The notes under the pieces were generated by a model. The model made no database searches. It worked only from the letters and a program-made list of their open reading frames with translations, and was not told the DNA's origin. 64,000 nt of DNA from a virus. The DNA is taken from positions 41,902 to 105,901 of the IMG/VR virus record IMGVR_UViG_3300043409_001491, one strand, 5' to 3'. Position numbers and translations under genes: made by a program. This document shows, one piece after another, positions 39,282 through 49,840 of this stretch. Each line of letters begins with the position of its first letter. The stretch's first letter is position 1.

Positions 39282-42200
39282 ATGTTTGTTAGTGAAACAT
39301 TAAAGACACATTTAGAAACATCGTCAACGATAAGTCTTCAGTCATTAGTTTTGGCTGAGTGGAATATGAATATGCCAGATAATATTTATAAACTTGGCAA
39401 CTATAGATATAGACCTCTAGACTCAGATGTTACATATAAGACACTTCCTTTAGCATTTGATAACTTGGATGCTGGAAATTATTATACTGGTGCAACAGAT
39501 GCAGACGTCGTTATTGATGGCGGATATACAAATTTAGAAGTCCCACAACTTTTTACATCAACTAAAGAAAAAGTTAAAATACTTTATTCTTTAGAAGATT
39601 GCGTAAAACCTTTTAGACCTAGATCTGGAATTAACAAAGCCTCCTATTTTAATAACAGATACCTTGCAAACTCTGGAGCATCAATGACTCTTAGACCAAG
39701 GTATTACATGCCATCACGATATGATGAATTTAAATATTGGTCATCCTTTAGAACTGAAGATAATATTGAAAGAGGAGTTGCAAAAAATATATTAAACTCC
39801 CTAAACTATATTGACGATGCAGTTCCTTTTGTTGTTTATAAAAATGCTGTTCCAGCAAATAGGCTTGTTGTAAAAATGCAAACAAATGTTGGAACTGTAA
39901 ACATGGGAACTATGATAACCCAGGCTGGATCTTTGGGTGATCCACTATACGGAGTAACAAATAAGACAACTCCAGTTAGGTGGAAGATTCAATATTTAAG
40001 GGGTAATGACTGGAGTGATGCTTACTCATTTGATGAAAACTCTCTTAGAGATGATGATACAGCAATTATTCCAGAAGATGGCTATGTTGAGTTAGAGTAT
40101 GGACTCAAGATTCCAGATCAATATAAAACAAACTTTACATTTGCAGAAAAACTATCATCTAGTACCCTGCTTCCAGAAGATTCAATTAATGGATACGCAT
40201 ATCTTGTAGTTGAAAATGAAAACGAACGTGGTTTATTTTATATTTGGGATGAAGCAAATACAGAATATGATACATTTATTCCAGAATACGGATGGATCCT
40301 TGGGGCTGGAGTTTTAAATCGTTCAACAAAACTAGTTACAGACCTAACAAACCCAGAATTATTCACTAACGACTCAAACAATTTAACAACATACAGAGAG
40401 TTTGCTTATATTCGTGGCATTAGAGTTGTTGTAGAAACTATGAATAAGTTTGATTGTACTTTTGATTTAATTGAAATGTCCCCTAGACTTGTTGTAGATA
40501 TTTCAAATAAAGTAATTGATTTTAATATAAAGAAAATTTTATCAGACATAGGCACGACATCTTTGCCAGTAGGACAACTACTTGCCTCAACTGGATCCTT
40601 GTCTTTATTTGATGATGACCAAGCGTTTAATGAAAATAACACGGCTAGTATTGTATCTAGTTATATTAGAAAAAATATTAAGTTTCTTTTTTATGAGTCA
40701 ATTTTTAATGTTCAAGGAGATGAATACTCAGTTCCTATTAAAACATTATACTCAGAAGGATTTCCACAGGCAGATGTTACTGGTGCAACTCTTTCTTTAG
40801 AGTTAAGAGATTTTTATTTTTTCTTAGAGTCAATGCCTGCTCCAAGGCTTTTGACTACTCAAACATCTTTAAGTTATGCAATATCGCTTTTACTTGATTA
40901 TATTGGATTTAGCAACTACACTTTTAAGAGAGTTGACGAAGAGAATGATCCAATTATTCCGTACTTCTTTATTGCTCCAGACCAAAACGTTGCAGAGGTT
41001 TTAAATCAACTAGCCGTTTCAACACAAACAGCAATGTTCTTTGATGAGTACAATAATTTTGTTGTAATGAGCAAAGACTACTTAATGCCTACTTTAGCAC
41101 AAAGAGCAACAGACTTTGTTGTTTCTGGATCAAATAACCAAACAGACTCTGGCATAACAGAAAATGCTACATCTGGTAAACTTCCAAACATTTTATCTAT
41201 TGCATCACAAGATAAGAAAATTTATAATGATGGGAAAATTAACTACACAACAAGATATATTCAAAGATCCTATGGTTCAATAAAGCAGTCAAGCATGATT
41301 GATAAAGAAAAAACATGGATATATAAACCATCACTTTTGTGGGAAGTTGCTGGAACAGATTCTACAAAAACTATAAATGAGTTAGCATCAAAGCAGGGTA
41401 GTTATGTTCTTGGAGCCATGCCTTTAAACTCAAATATTCCTGCTGTGGCTCCTACAGTTTTAGGGAATGTAGTAATAAACAATATCATTGATCTTGGAGA
41501 AAACATTTATTGGCTAACACGATATAACGGATACCTGTATTCTAATGGCGAGATTATTAAATACGATGCCGCACAATTTAGCGTAACAGGTGTGGGAAAT
41601 GTATGGATTAGTAGTAACCAAGAGTATCAAAAATATTTTGCATCTATTCCCTTTAATGGAAAAATATATCCAACGGGATTGGTAAGAATATACTCAACCC
41701 CATACTATGAAACAGTTAATGGAATAACTAGACTTCAAAATGGAGCGGTTGTTGACCATGGTCGCGGTCAGTTTGGAACAAAGATAACAGATCACTATGC
41801 TGGAATAAATACTTATTGGACTGATAACAGTAATGTCCGTGGTGTTGACATGAAAACTCAGTACTTGTTTACAACTACGCTAGATGAAGACATAAGTTTG
41901 CCAGCAACAACAACAGGTGCAGCAGGCGTTAACAATACAGTTGCAGGCCAGTCAACAAGAAATAGCATAATTAAAAACTTTATGGCAACAAGCGACTTAA
42001 CAGACACAGACATTAATGGTTTACTATCAACACAAACTGGAACAATCCAGTCATCTGCTTTGGTCTTTAACGGACCGTCATTTAAAACTACAGAAACACC
42101 ATTAAACTTTGTTTCATATGTTTATAAAAATCTAGACAATGCTTATAGACATTTTGGAACAAGAATGCGTATTGTGGGTAAAATTGAAAACAATATTTCA

Positions 42201-43598
42201 TCAACGCAAACAGCACTGGGCAGCATTCCTTACTATCAGGTTAGTGGAAGCCAGCCAGACCAAAACGTAAACATCGGCGGAGGCTCTGGAGGTCTTGCAG
42301 TTTTATTAAATCCAGAAACAAATAATGGATATTATTTTGAAATAATTGCTTTAACTGAAGATAACATTACTCCTTATTTAAAATTAAATAAAGAGAATCA
42401 GGCAGAGGTATCAATTAACAATGTTGTGTTTTATAAAATTAAAAAAGATTCTAGCAACACCAATGCAATCCCAGTTAAACTTTGGGGGGGCTTGGCAAAA
42501 ATACTTGTAGATGATGGTAAATTTTCTGGACAACAAAGAATGGCTTCTGAAGAAAACTCAACGGTTTATGATTTATCAGTAGAGTATCAAGACATTGGAA
42601 AAACTAGAAGGTTCTATTTATATATAAATAATCAACTAATTAAGATAGTAGATGACAAAGATCCTCTTCCAGTCTATAACAATATGGCTTTATTTGTTCG
42701 TGGATCTTCTAAGTGTATGTTTGAAAACATTTATGCTTTATCACAAAACTATAGCCAAAATACATCTTTCGTTGTAGGAGAAACATTATCAAAGCAGTTT
42801 GGTGACTCCCAGGTTGATGTCAATGAGTCTTTTAGAAAATATGCAATGAGCGGCGTTGTCCAATCAACATACCTATCGGGTATAAGTTCTCAGCAGCCAC
42901 CAAACTACAATATGTATTTTGAAGAGTTTGGTTCTATTATGCGTGAGTGTGCATATTTTGATATTAAATATGATCGTGCATACCCAGCACTTTATGCACA
43001 ACTATCTCCAACGTTTAGCAACACAAAGGGCTACACAACTTCTGGGTTTTACGCAGACTCTTATGGTGCTGAGTTCTTAATTTTTAACTCAACAGACAAA
43101 GCCTTAAACTTAGATGAGACAACTGGAAACTTTTTAAGAATTCAAGGCATTACATTTACACAAGACACAACGCATGAACTAACTGTAGATGAGTTTTTTA
43201 AAAAACGTGGCAATTTATCCGATCCAGAATTAGTAGGTAGCACTCTCACGTACTCACCTCTGGTTGAAAAATCAAGGTATGACGAAATTAGATTAAGTAG
43301 ATCAACCTATGGTAAAAACGAATTTAGCATTGATAGCATATACATACAAACACAAGATGATGCAGAAGCAATGATGAATTGGATTATAAATAAAGTTATG
43401 GTTCCCAAAAAGTCTATGGGTATTAATTTATTTAGCATACCAACCCTACAACTTGGAGATATTGTAACGGTAGACTACAAGGATTCATCAGGTCTTGATT
43501 TAGTGACATCAGATTCTTCAAGGTTTGTTGTTTATAATATAGAGTACTCTAGGTCTGGTTCTGGACCAAGCATGACTGTTTATTTGAGTGAGGTATAA
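39282..43598 (+). CDS. Large tail tip/baseplate hub protein
   Basis: 1438 aa; hub-like motifs (EVLNQLA....AMFFDEYN, PTLQLGDIVTV). Confidence 0.65.
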   Translation: MFVSETLKTHLETSSTISLQSLVLAEWNMNMPDNIYKLGNYRYRPLDSDVTYKTLPLAFDNLDAGNYYTGATDADVVIDGGYTNLEVPQLFTSTKEKVKILYSLEDCVKPFRPRSGINKASYFNNRYLANSGASMTLRPRYYMPSRYDEFKYWSSFRTEDNIERGVAKNILNSLNYIDDAVPFVVYKNAVPANRLVVKMQTNVGTVNMGTMITQAGSLGDPLYGVTNKTTPVRWKIQYLRGNDWSDAYSFDENSLRDDDTAIIPEDGYVELEYGLKIPDQYKTNFTFAEKLSSSTLLPEDSINGYAYLVVENENERGLFYIWDEANTEYDTFIPEYGWILGAGVLNRSTKLVTDLTNPELFTNDSNNLTTYREFAYIRGIRVVVETMNKFDCTFDLIEMSPRLVVDISNKVIDFNIKKILSDIGTTSLPVGQLLASTGSLSLFDDDQAFNENNTASIVSSYIRKNIKFLFYESIFNVQGDEYSVPIKTLYSEGFPQADVTGATLSLELRDFYFFLESMPAPRLLTTQTSLSYAISLLLDYIGFSNYTFKRVDEENDPIIPYFFIAPDQNVAEVLNQLAVSTQTAMFFDEYNNFVVMSKDYLMPTLAQRATDFVVSGSNNQTDSGITENATSGKLPNILSIASQDKKIYNDGKINYTTRYIQRSYGSIKQSSMIDKEKTWIYKPSLLWEVAGTDSTKTINELASKQGSYVLGAMPLNSNIPAVAPTVLGNVVINNIIDLGENIYWLTRYNGYLYSNGEIIKYDAAQFSVTGVGNVWISSNQEYQKYFASIPFNGKIYPTGLVRIYSTPYYETVNGITRLQNGAVVDHGRGQFGTKITDHYAGINTYWTDNSNVRGVDMKTQYLFTTTLDEDISLPATTTGAAGVNNTVAGQSTRNSIIKNFMATSDLTDTDINGLLSTQTGTIQSSALVFNGPSFKTTETPLNFVSYVYKNLDNAYRHFGTRMRIVGKIENNISSTQTALGSIPYYQVSGSQPDQNVNIGGGSGGLAVLLNPETNNGYYFEIIALTEDNITPYLKLNKENQAEVSINNVVFYKIKKDSSNTNAIPVKLWGGLAKILVDDGKFSGQQRMASEENSTVYDLSVEYQDIGKTRRFYLYINNQLIKIVDDKDPLPVYNNMALFVRGSSKCMFENIYALSQNYSQNTSFVVGETLSKQFGDSQVDVNESFRKYAMSGVVQSTYLSGISSQQPPNYNMYFEEFGSIMRECAYFDIKYDRAYPALYAQLSPTFSNTKGYTTSGFYADSYGAEFLIFNSTDKALNLDETTGNFLRIQGITFTQDTTHELTVDEFFKKRGNLSDPELVGSTLTYSPLVEKSRYDEIRLSRSTYGKNEFSIDSIYIQTQDDAEAMMNWIINKVMVPKKSMGINLFSIPTLQLGDIVTVDYKDSSGLDLVTSDSSRFVVYNIEYSRSGSGPSMTVYLSEV

Positions 43599-43599
43599 T

Positions 43600-44436
43600 A
43601 TGAGATTTAATCCAGATCGCATGTCTACTGATGATGGAAGTTATATTGAACCAACGCAAACTGTAGCAACTCAAACAAATGACATGCAAACATCAAAAGT
43701 AGTAGATGAAACAGATGAGCGCCAAACATCAATATTAGAAGCAAAGACTAGCAATGGGAATTTAATTAAAGCCCTTGAGGCTTTAGCAACAAAAGATATT
43801 ACCCCTACACCCACTCCAACCCCCACTCCAACCCCCACTCCAACCCCTAAGCCGCTCACCAAGCCAGCCACCCCCACACCAAAAGTAGTTAAACAAATAA
43901 TTTCAACTTCTGATTTAATAACATCAAACCCTTCAACTCCAAGGCCTATTCCAATAACACCAAACCCATCTCCTGTTGTAAAAACACCACCACCTCCTCC
44001 AGTAAAAACAGCACCAATAGACACAGTTTTATTTAATGATGACTCCATGTCTATTGAAATAATGGCTGATTTAATTTTTGAAGATATTGGGGGACATGAA
44101 TTAATAAACATTGCTAGAAACGACATTATTAATGGACAGCAAATATCTTATACACCAATCAAAAACCTAGGCTTAATTCAGCAAAAGTATAACCCAAACA
44201 ATATTCTTGGATTACAGGCTACCTCTGAAAAGTACTTTGCTAACTTTCCTATAAAGTTTGAAGAGAAGGTGCCTATTGAGGGCAATGGTCCCAACGGGTT
44301 AAATGTTTATTTTGAAGATGCAACTGGAGATCTAATTATTGAGGGAGTTAATTTAAATAAAGATGAACTTTTTGAGGTTGAAGTGTCGTTAAATGGTACA
44401 ATATATGAAGCAGACTTTGGAGCAACTACATCATGA
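43600..44436 (+). CDS. Minor tail protein with Pro/Thr-rich linker
   Basis: (PT)n and PPPPP linker; ATG 43600 after GAGG. Confidence 0.55.
   Translation: MRFNPDRMSTDDGSYIEPTQTVATQTNDMQTSKVVDETDERQTSILEAKTSNGNLIKALEALATKDITPTPTPTPTPTPTPTPKPLTKPATPTPKVVKQIISTSDLITSNPSTPRPIPITPNPSPVVKTPPPPPVKTAPIDTVLFNDDSMSIEIMADLIFEDIGGHELINIARNDIINGQQISYTPIKNLGLIQQKYNPNNILGLQATSEKYFANFPIKFEEKVPIEGNGPNGLNVYFEDATGDLIIEGVNLNKDELFEVEVSLNGTIYEADFGATTS
43801..43848 (+). repeat. Coding tandem repeat (PT)n
   Basis: CCCACTCCAACC-type 12-bp units. Confidence 0.8.
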
Positions 44437-45590
44437 TAACTAATAAAGGCAAGGGCATTATTGGAAAATATATGCTTGGTCAGGCACCAGCCTATGCCTC
44501 ATATTTAGCCGTTGGCTGCGGACCTACCCCGCTTCAAACAGAAGATGTTGCCGATAACTTTGCAACAAAAGAAAACCTTGACTTTGAGATGTTTAGAGTT
44601 CCAATTTCTTCAAGAGGTTTTGTAAACGAAAACGGTATTGATAAAATTGTACTTACCGCAGAACTACCTACAGAAGAAAGATATGAAATAACAGAGGTAG
44701 GATTATACTCAGCAGGATCTAACCCATCTGCTGGAGCACAAGACAGCAAAACAGTTTTTGCATTTACACAGGGAGAAAACTGGGAATACCATACGGCCAC
44801 TTCTTCAGTAGCAATTCCAGTAATTTCTGTACCACTAGATGCCAACGATGACGATATAATAAACGCAACAGGAACGGCAAATGGTGTATTTCAGACTAAT
44901 GCAGATAACTCTATTTTTTATAATACAGACCGTGTAGACAGATACGAGAGACCAAGGTTTTTAAACAATACAATTTTAATGCAAGGAGATGACTCAGACT
45001 TAAGCATAGGTGGCGGAGGCTCTGGAGGAGTTGATCACTTTGTTGTTGATTCTGGAAATCATATACACCTTACTTCTCCAAATGTTGACTTTTCACAAAA
45101 CTCTCCTTTAGATGAGTTAAGGTTTGCATTTTCTTTAGTAAACAGAGATGGCACATCAGCAGCAAATCCAGATACAGTAAGAATCCTAATTGACTTTGCA
45201 GCAACTGACAGCAACAATCCATCAACATATGCTAGGTTTGAAATTAATATTGAAGATGGCGTTGATGGCTATGACTTTTCAACAAACAGATACTTTGTTG
45301 TTTCAAAACAATTACAAGAATTATATAAGAGTCAAAACTTTACTTGGAATGCAGTCACTGTAGTAAAAATATATGTTTCTATTTTTGATAGTGGAAGTGG
45401 TATTTATTTCCCAACATCAGATTATTACATTGCCTTAGATGCGTTAAGACTTGAAAATATAGCAACCGTTAATCCGCTATATGGTTTAACAGGATACTCT
45501 GTCATTAAAAATGATGATGCTACAACAATCATTAAATCTCCTAATACAAACAATTATGTTGAATTTAGATTTTCTATTGGGGTAACCTAA
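44433..45590 (+). CDS. Baseplate/minor tail protein
   Basis: MITNKG..., YLAVGCG, E.FRVPI, ITEVGLY pattern typical of collar/baseplate proteins. Confidence 0.6.
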   Translation: MITNKGKGIIGKYMLGQAPAYASYLAVGCGPTPLQTEDVADNFATKENLDFEMFRVPISSRGFVNENGIDKIVLTAELPTEERYEITEVGLYSAGSNPSAGAQDSKTVFAFTQGENWEYHTATSSVAIPVISVPLDANDDDIINATGTANGVFQTNADNSIFYNTDRVDRYERPRFLNNTILMQGDDSDLSIGGGGSGGVDHFVVDSGNHIHLTSPNVDFSQNSPLDELRFAFSLVNRDGTSAANPDTVRILIDFAATDSNNPSTYARFEINIEDGVDGYDFSTNRYFVVSKQLQELYKSQNFTWNAVTVVKIYVSIFDSGSGIYFPTSDYYIALDALRLENIATVNPLYGLTGYSVIKNDDATTIIKSPNTNNYVEFRFSIGVT

Positions 45591-46015
45591 TGGTTGATGC
45601 AAACATAAAGAAATTCCGTATTTTAAAGTCATCCCTTCCACCAATTGATCACGATACGTTAAAGTATAATTTAAGATATAGAATTGTTTCTGACGATAGA
45701 AACAGAACTTCTCATTGGTCTCCAATTTATAACATTTCTGGAGAGTCAATAACGTCAGTCAGCGGCGCAGTTTCCAAGACGGGGAACGTTGTTACAGCAG
45801 TGTGGGGAGACACAAATAATTTTCCAGAATACGACGTTTTTGTTAAATTTGACTCAGGCCAATTTTTCTATCACGGGACATCAAAAGTACACTCATATTC
45901 ATTTTTAAAAACTGGTACTACATCAGTTACAGTAAAGGTTCAAATAGTTTCATCAAAAAAAGAAATCAAGGCAGCACTAAATATCTTTGACTCTGGTTCA
46001 GTGTCTTTGGTATAA
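45590..46015 (+). CDS. Hypothetical minor structural protein
   Basis: Coupled ORF; YRIVSDDRNRTSHWSP, FN3-like. Confidence 0.55.
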   Translation: MVDANIKKFRILKSSLPPIDHDTLKYNLRYRIVSDDRNRTSHWSPIYNISGESITSVSGAVSKTGNVVTAVWGDTNNFPEYDVFVKFDSGQFFYHGTSKVHSYSFLKTGTTSVTVKVQIVSSKKEIKAALNIFDSGSVSLV

Positions 46016-46016
46016 T
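46008..46016 (+). promoter_or_regulatory. Extended -10 promoter overlapping a stop codon
   Basis: TGGTATAAT containing the TAA of ORF 45590; AGGAGG downstream. Confidence 0.6.
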
Positions 46017-46033
46017 TAAATAGGAGGAATAAC

Positions 46034-46474
46034 ATGGCAAAAATACCATTACCCGAAAGAGGGCAGCCGCTTGATGTAACATACATCTATCAGGTAGTCG
46101 ATGCTTTAAACAGTCTATCAACACAGGTTTCTGATGCAACCTATAATTATACTGATATTGATGTAGTCGGAGCAGAGAAGCAGAGTCTAAAAACTTCTAA
46201 CACAAAGTTTATTGGAAGGTTTAAGTCAATTGCAAATAACGAAACTGTAACTGCTGGACAGGAAAAGTCTTATTCTATTGATTATTCTAACTTTAAATAT
46301 CCGCCAATTATAACTTTGTCAGTTGTAAATACTAGCGGAACAACTGCTGGATCTAACACTACGGTAGTTTTAACATCAGTAACGACTACACAGGCTGGAT
46401 TTACAGTAAGGTATGGGGTTTCTGGAACTGCAACCATTGGCGTAAATCTTATTGCTATTGGTGTTCCAAATTAA
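46034..46474 (+). CDS. Small structural protein, H-lectin/gp53-like C-terminus
   Basis: FKYPPIITLS...VTTTQAGF...VNLIAIG. Confidence 0.5.
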   Translation: MAKIPLPERGQPLDVTYIYQVVDALNSLSTQVSDATYNYTDIDVVGAEKQSLKTSNTKFIGRFKSIANNETVTAGQEKSYSIDYSNFKYPPIITLSVVNTSGTTAGSNTTVVLTSVTTTQAGFTVRYGVSGTATIGVNLIAIGVPN

Positions 46475-46475
46475 T

Positions 46476-46664
46476 ATGACATGTAAAAGATGCGAAGGAA
46501 AAATGTTTGTAGATAGGATTCATTCAAATATAGATCATCTAGAAACATACTGTGTTAAGTGTGGGAACAGAAAGTTTTATCATCCACCTAGCGAGTCTGC
46601 GGAGGGAAAATGGTTACTGCAAAAGGAAAAATTCAGAGCGAAGAGTATAATAGCGAGCCTATAA
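46476..46664 (+). CDS. Small zinc-ribbon protein
   Basis: CKRC...CVKCG. Confidence 0.65.
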   Translation: MTCKRCEGKMFVDRIHSNIDHLETYCVKCGNRKFYHPPSESAEGKWLLQKEKFRAKSIIASL

Positions 46665-47152
46665 TTCCTGGTGGTAAAAAAATATGGTTTCTTAATGGAG
46701 ACTTGGTAAGACTTCATCATAGTTCTAGATCAACAGGAATGGTAACAGTTTATAATATTAACAAAGATAGACTAGAAACATGCCTGCGTTCTGACTTTAG
46801 AAGAAATAGAAAAAAGGCTTACACTGTTGCAGAGACTGCTAAGTTAGTTAATCGTCATAGAAAGTATATGCCAAGATTAATAAAACGAGGAGTCATTCCT
46901 GCACCAGTTGGATCAAGTATTGACGGTAAAACTGGGTGGCAAATTAGATCTTATTATTCAGAAGACCATGTTAAAGAGATTTGTGCTATACTTGCAACTA
47001 TACATATTGGACAACCAAGAAAAGACAAATTAATAACAAATAACATGACTCCTACAAGCCAAGAGTTGACAAGGCGAATGGGAGACGGTATACTTACATA
47101 TACAAAGACAGAAGATGGACGATTTATTCCAGTGTGGAGTGAGTCTATTTAA
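46610..47152 (+). CDS. MerR-like HTH DNA-binding protein
   Basis: YTVAETAKLVNRH...LIKRGVIP...RSYYSEDHV. Confidence 0.65.
   Translation: MVTAKGKIQSEEYNSEPIIPGGKKIWFLNGDLVRLHHSSRSTGMVTVYNINKDRLETCLRSDFRRNRKKAYTVAETAKLVNRHRKYMPRLIKRGVIPAPVGSSIDGKTGWQIRSYYSEDHVKEICAILATIHIGQPRKDKLITNNMTPTSQELTRRMGDGILTYTKTEDGRFIPVWSESI
47066..47094 (+). promoter_or_regulatory. Near-consensus SigA promoter inside a coding sequence
   Basis: TTGACA-17nt-TATACT, upstream of the replication genes. Confidence 0.7.
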
Positions 47153-47170
47153 TTATTGAATGGGTGGATA

Positions 47171-47377
47171 ATGGAAAACGATAATACAAAGGTATCTGTA
47201 ACACTTGGATATACTCTCAATCTAGGAAATTTTCAATCACTACGCCTTGATTTAGGAATTGTAGATTCAAAGCGTGATGGCGAAAATGTAGATGAGGCTT
47301 TTAGTCGTGTCTATAAGTTTGTAGAAGATAAACTTACAGAAAAGATTCAAGAAGCAAAGTCTGAAATAAACGAATAG
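47171..47377 (+). CDS. Hypothetical protein
   Basis: GYTLNLGNFQSLRLD motif; ATG 47171. Confidence 0.65.
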   Translation: MENDNTKVSVTLGYTLNLGNFQSLRLDLGIVDSKRDGENVDEAFSRVYKFVEDKLTEKIQEAKSEINE

Positions 47378-47379
47378 CA

Positions 47380-47688
47380 ATGGCTGATCGCAAAGACCGA
47401 ATGGCTTTGCTTAGCAGGTTTAATAAGTTTTACCTGCAGAAGTACGGTCAGAAGTCTAACATGAACCTAAACGTTGAGCAGTGGGCTGCTGACGGCCTTG
47501 TAGAGTCATATGGAGTTGCTCAATGCTATGACCTGCTAGAGTATTACTTTTCTATTGCACAAGAGCCTTCTTGGAATTATTTTTCATATAATGCAGAAAA
47601 AATATTAAACGGTAAGGCAGAAGTAGAACAAGATATTAAAGATAGAATAGTCCGTAGGCAATTAGCAAAGGAGTGGTTGAGTGAATAA
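47380..47688 (+). CDS. Hypothetical protein upstream of helicase
   Basis: Coupled ORF. Confidence 0.6.
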   Translation: MADRKDRMALLSRFNKFYLQKYGQKSNMNLNVEQWAADGLVESYGVAQCYDLLEYYFSIAQEPSWNYFSYNAEKILNGKAEVEQDIKDRIVRRQLAKEWLSE

Positions 47689-48901
47689 TACAGAGGCAAA
47701 GGTTATTTCTGCATTATTACAAGACAAGCAGATTCACGTTTTGCTACAGGCCAATGTTGAAAACCTTTTAAGAACCCACAACGATGTCTGGAATTTTATT
47801 CGGCTTTATTCAGAAAACAATCAATGCATTCCACCAGCAGATTTAGTAAGAGAAAAGTTTAGAGACTTTGAGCCAGTTGCTGGGGTTGGAGCAACTAAGC
47901 ATCATCTAGCAGAGTTACAGGTAGAATATCTTAACGATAGCCTAAAAGATATTTTACGTAATGCCGCAGGGGAAGTTCAAAGCGGTAATGGCGGAGAAGC
48001 ACTTGAACACCTTATAACAAAGACATCTGAATTAAAAAAGAATACATCTGCTATTCGTGATATTGATGCAACAGATCTTGACTCTGCCGTTGCATACTTT
48101 GAAAATGTACAGAAGCAAAAAGAACTTGGGCATGTTGGTATTAAGACTGGTCTTCCAGGGTTTGATAATTATCTACCTTCTGGAATTATGCCAGGGCAGT
48201 TGGGTGTATTCCTTGCATATCCAGGAATTGGAAAGTCTTGGCTTGCACTTTATTTTGCGGTTCAAGCATGGAAGCAAGGTAAGTCGCCAATGATTATTTC
48301 ACTTGAAATGAGTGAGACAGAAGTTCGTAATCGTGTTCTTGCTATTATGGGTGAAGGTCTTTGGTCACATAGAAAATTATCTAATGGCGAAGTAGAGATT
48401 GATATGCTAAAGAAATGGCATCACAACAAGGTTGAGGGTCGTCCAGAGTTTCATATTATTTCTAATGATAGTGGTGGAGAAGTAACACCCTCTGTTATTC
48501 GTGGAAAGATTGATCAATACCGTCCAGACTTTGTGGTTGTTGACTACCTACAACTTATGTCACCAAACCAAAAGGCTGATTCCGAAACGGTACGAATGAA
48601 AAACCTTTCAAGAGAACTTAAACTAATGTCCATTAGCGAAGAGGTGCCCATCATTGCTATATCTTCTGCTACACCTGATGATGTAAAAGATCTTTCAAGT
48701 CCTCCAACACTTGGACAAACCGCTTGGTCAAGACAGATTGCCTACGATGCTGACTGGGTCATGGCTTTAGGTCGTGCAACTAATAGTGATATTATTGAAT
48801 GTGTATTTCGCAAGAACCGTAATGGTTACATGGGTGATTTCTTAGTTCAAGTAGATTTTGACAAAGGATACTACAGGTATAAAGACTATGAAGACAAGTA
48901 A
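47681..48901 (+). CDS. dnaB: DnaB-like replicative helicase
   Basis: AYPGIGKS Walker A, SLEMS, VVVDYLQLM, IAYDAD, KNRNG. Confidence 0.9.
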   Translation: MNNTEAKVISALLQDKQIHVLLQANVENLLRTHNDVWNFIRLYSENNQCIPPADLVREKFRDFEPVAGVGATKHHLAELQVEYLNDSLKDILRNAAGEVQSGNGGEALEHLITKTSELKKNTSAIRDIDATDLDSAVAYFENVQKQKELGHVGIKTGLPGFDNYLPSGIMPGQLGVFLAYPGIGKSWLALYFAVQAWKQGKSPMIISLEMSETEVRNRVLAIMGEGLWSHRKLSNGEVEIDMLKKWHHNKVEGRPEFHIISNDSGGEVTPSVIRGKIDQYRPDFVVVDYLQLMSPNQKADSETVRMKNLSRELKLMSISEEVPIIAISSATPDDVKDLSSPPTLGQTAWSRQIAYDADWVMALGRATNSDIIECVFRKNRNGYMGDFLVQVDFDKGYYRYKDYEDK

Positions 48902-49814
48902 TATCTATACACAAGAACAGATCAAGCGTGTTCTTGTAGGTGCAGGGGTAGATATTGAGGCAGAGTTTGGTAATGACTACATAATCTTTTGCCCATATCA
49001 CAACAACAACAGAACCCCTGCTGGAGAAGTTGCAAAGGATAGCGGACTATTCTTTTGTTTTGGATGCCAGACAACAAAGAACCTAGAAGAGTTTATTATG
49101 CACATGTCTGGACGAACATATTTTGAAGCAGTTAGATATATTAAAAGCAAAGAAACAGAAAACGATATTGAAAAACTTGTCAACAAAACATTAGTTGCAC
49201 CACCAGAATTTGTTCCATATGATGAACTAATCTTAAAACGTTTATATAATCAATTGGTAGCATCAGATAAGGCAAAGAATTATCTTAGATATAGAAAAAT
49301 TGAAATGGCATCATGGTCAAAGTTTTCTTTAGGATATTCAGAAAAACAAGATTCCGTTACAGTACCAATGCATTCTCCAGATGGAATGTGTCTTGGTTTT
49401 GTTGCAAGAACTATTGAAGGAAAAGATTTTAAAAATACTCCAGGATTACCAAAGGGTAAGATATTATTTAATTTACACAGAGTTAAATCATCTGGTACAG
49501 TATATGTAGTTGAATCATCTTTTGATGCAATTCGGCTAGACCAAATAGGATTCCCAGCAGTTGCAACTCTTGGGGCTAATGTATCTAATTCACAAACTAG
49601 ATTATTAGAAAAGTACTTCACAAATGTTGTACTAATTGCAGACAACGATGAGGCTGGTGGCATAATGAAAGATAAGTTAATTGAAAAACTTGGATCTTTG
49701 ATTACTGTCATTAGACTTGATAAAAACTATAAAGACATAGGCGATATGGAAGATGCAGAAATAAAGAAACTTGAGTTTCAATTTGACAAATCTATATCAT
49801 CTATGCTAAACTAA
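48888..49814 (+). CDS. dnaG: DNA primase (CHC2 zinc finger plus TOPRIM)
   Basis: CPYH...CFGC; VVESSFDA, ATLG, ADNDEAG, KDIGD. Confidence 0.85.
   Translation: MKTSNIYTQEQIKRVLVGAGVDIEAEFGNDYIIFCPYHNNNRTPAGEVAKDSGLFFCFGCQTTKNLEEFIMHMSGRTYFEAVRYIKSKETENDIEKLVNKTLVAPPEFVPYDELILKRLYNQLVASDKAKNYLRYRKIEMASWSKFSLGYSEKQDSVTVPMHSPDGMCLGFVARTIEGKDFKNTPGLPKGKILFNLHRVKSSGTVYVVESSFDAIRLDQIGFPAVATLGANVSNSQTRLLEKYFTNVVLIADNDEAGGIMKDKLIEKLGSLITVIRLDKNYKDIGDMEDAEIKKLEFQFDKSISSMLN
49783..49812 (+). promoter_or_regulatory. SigA-type promoter for ssb/dnaE
   Basis: TTGACA-18nt-TAAACT with TGn extension, within the 3' end of primase. Confidence 0.55.
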
Positions 49815-49840
49815 TATAAACAACACGAAGGAGATAAAAT

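Noticed and set aside
43591-43599. AGGTATAAT as another promoter
   Set aside because: Lacks the TG extension and abuts the ATG; explained by SD plus the upstream stop codon
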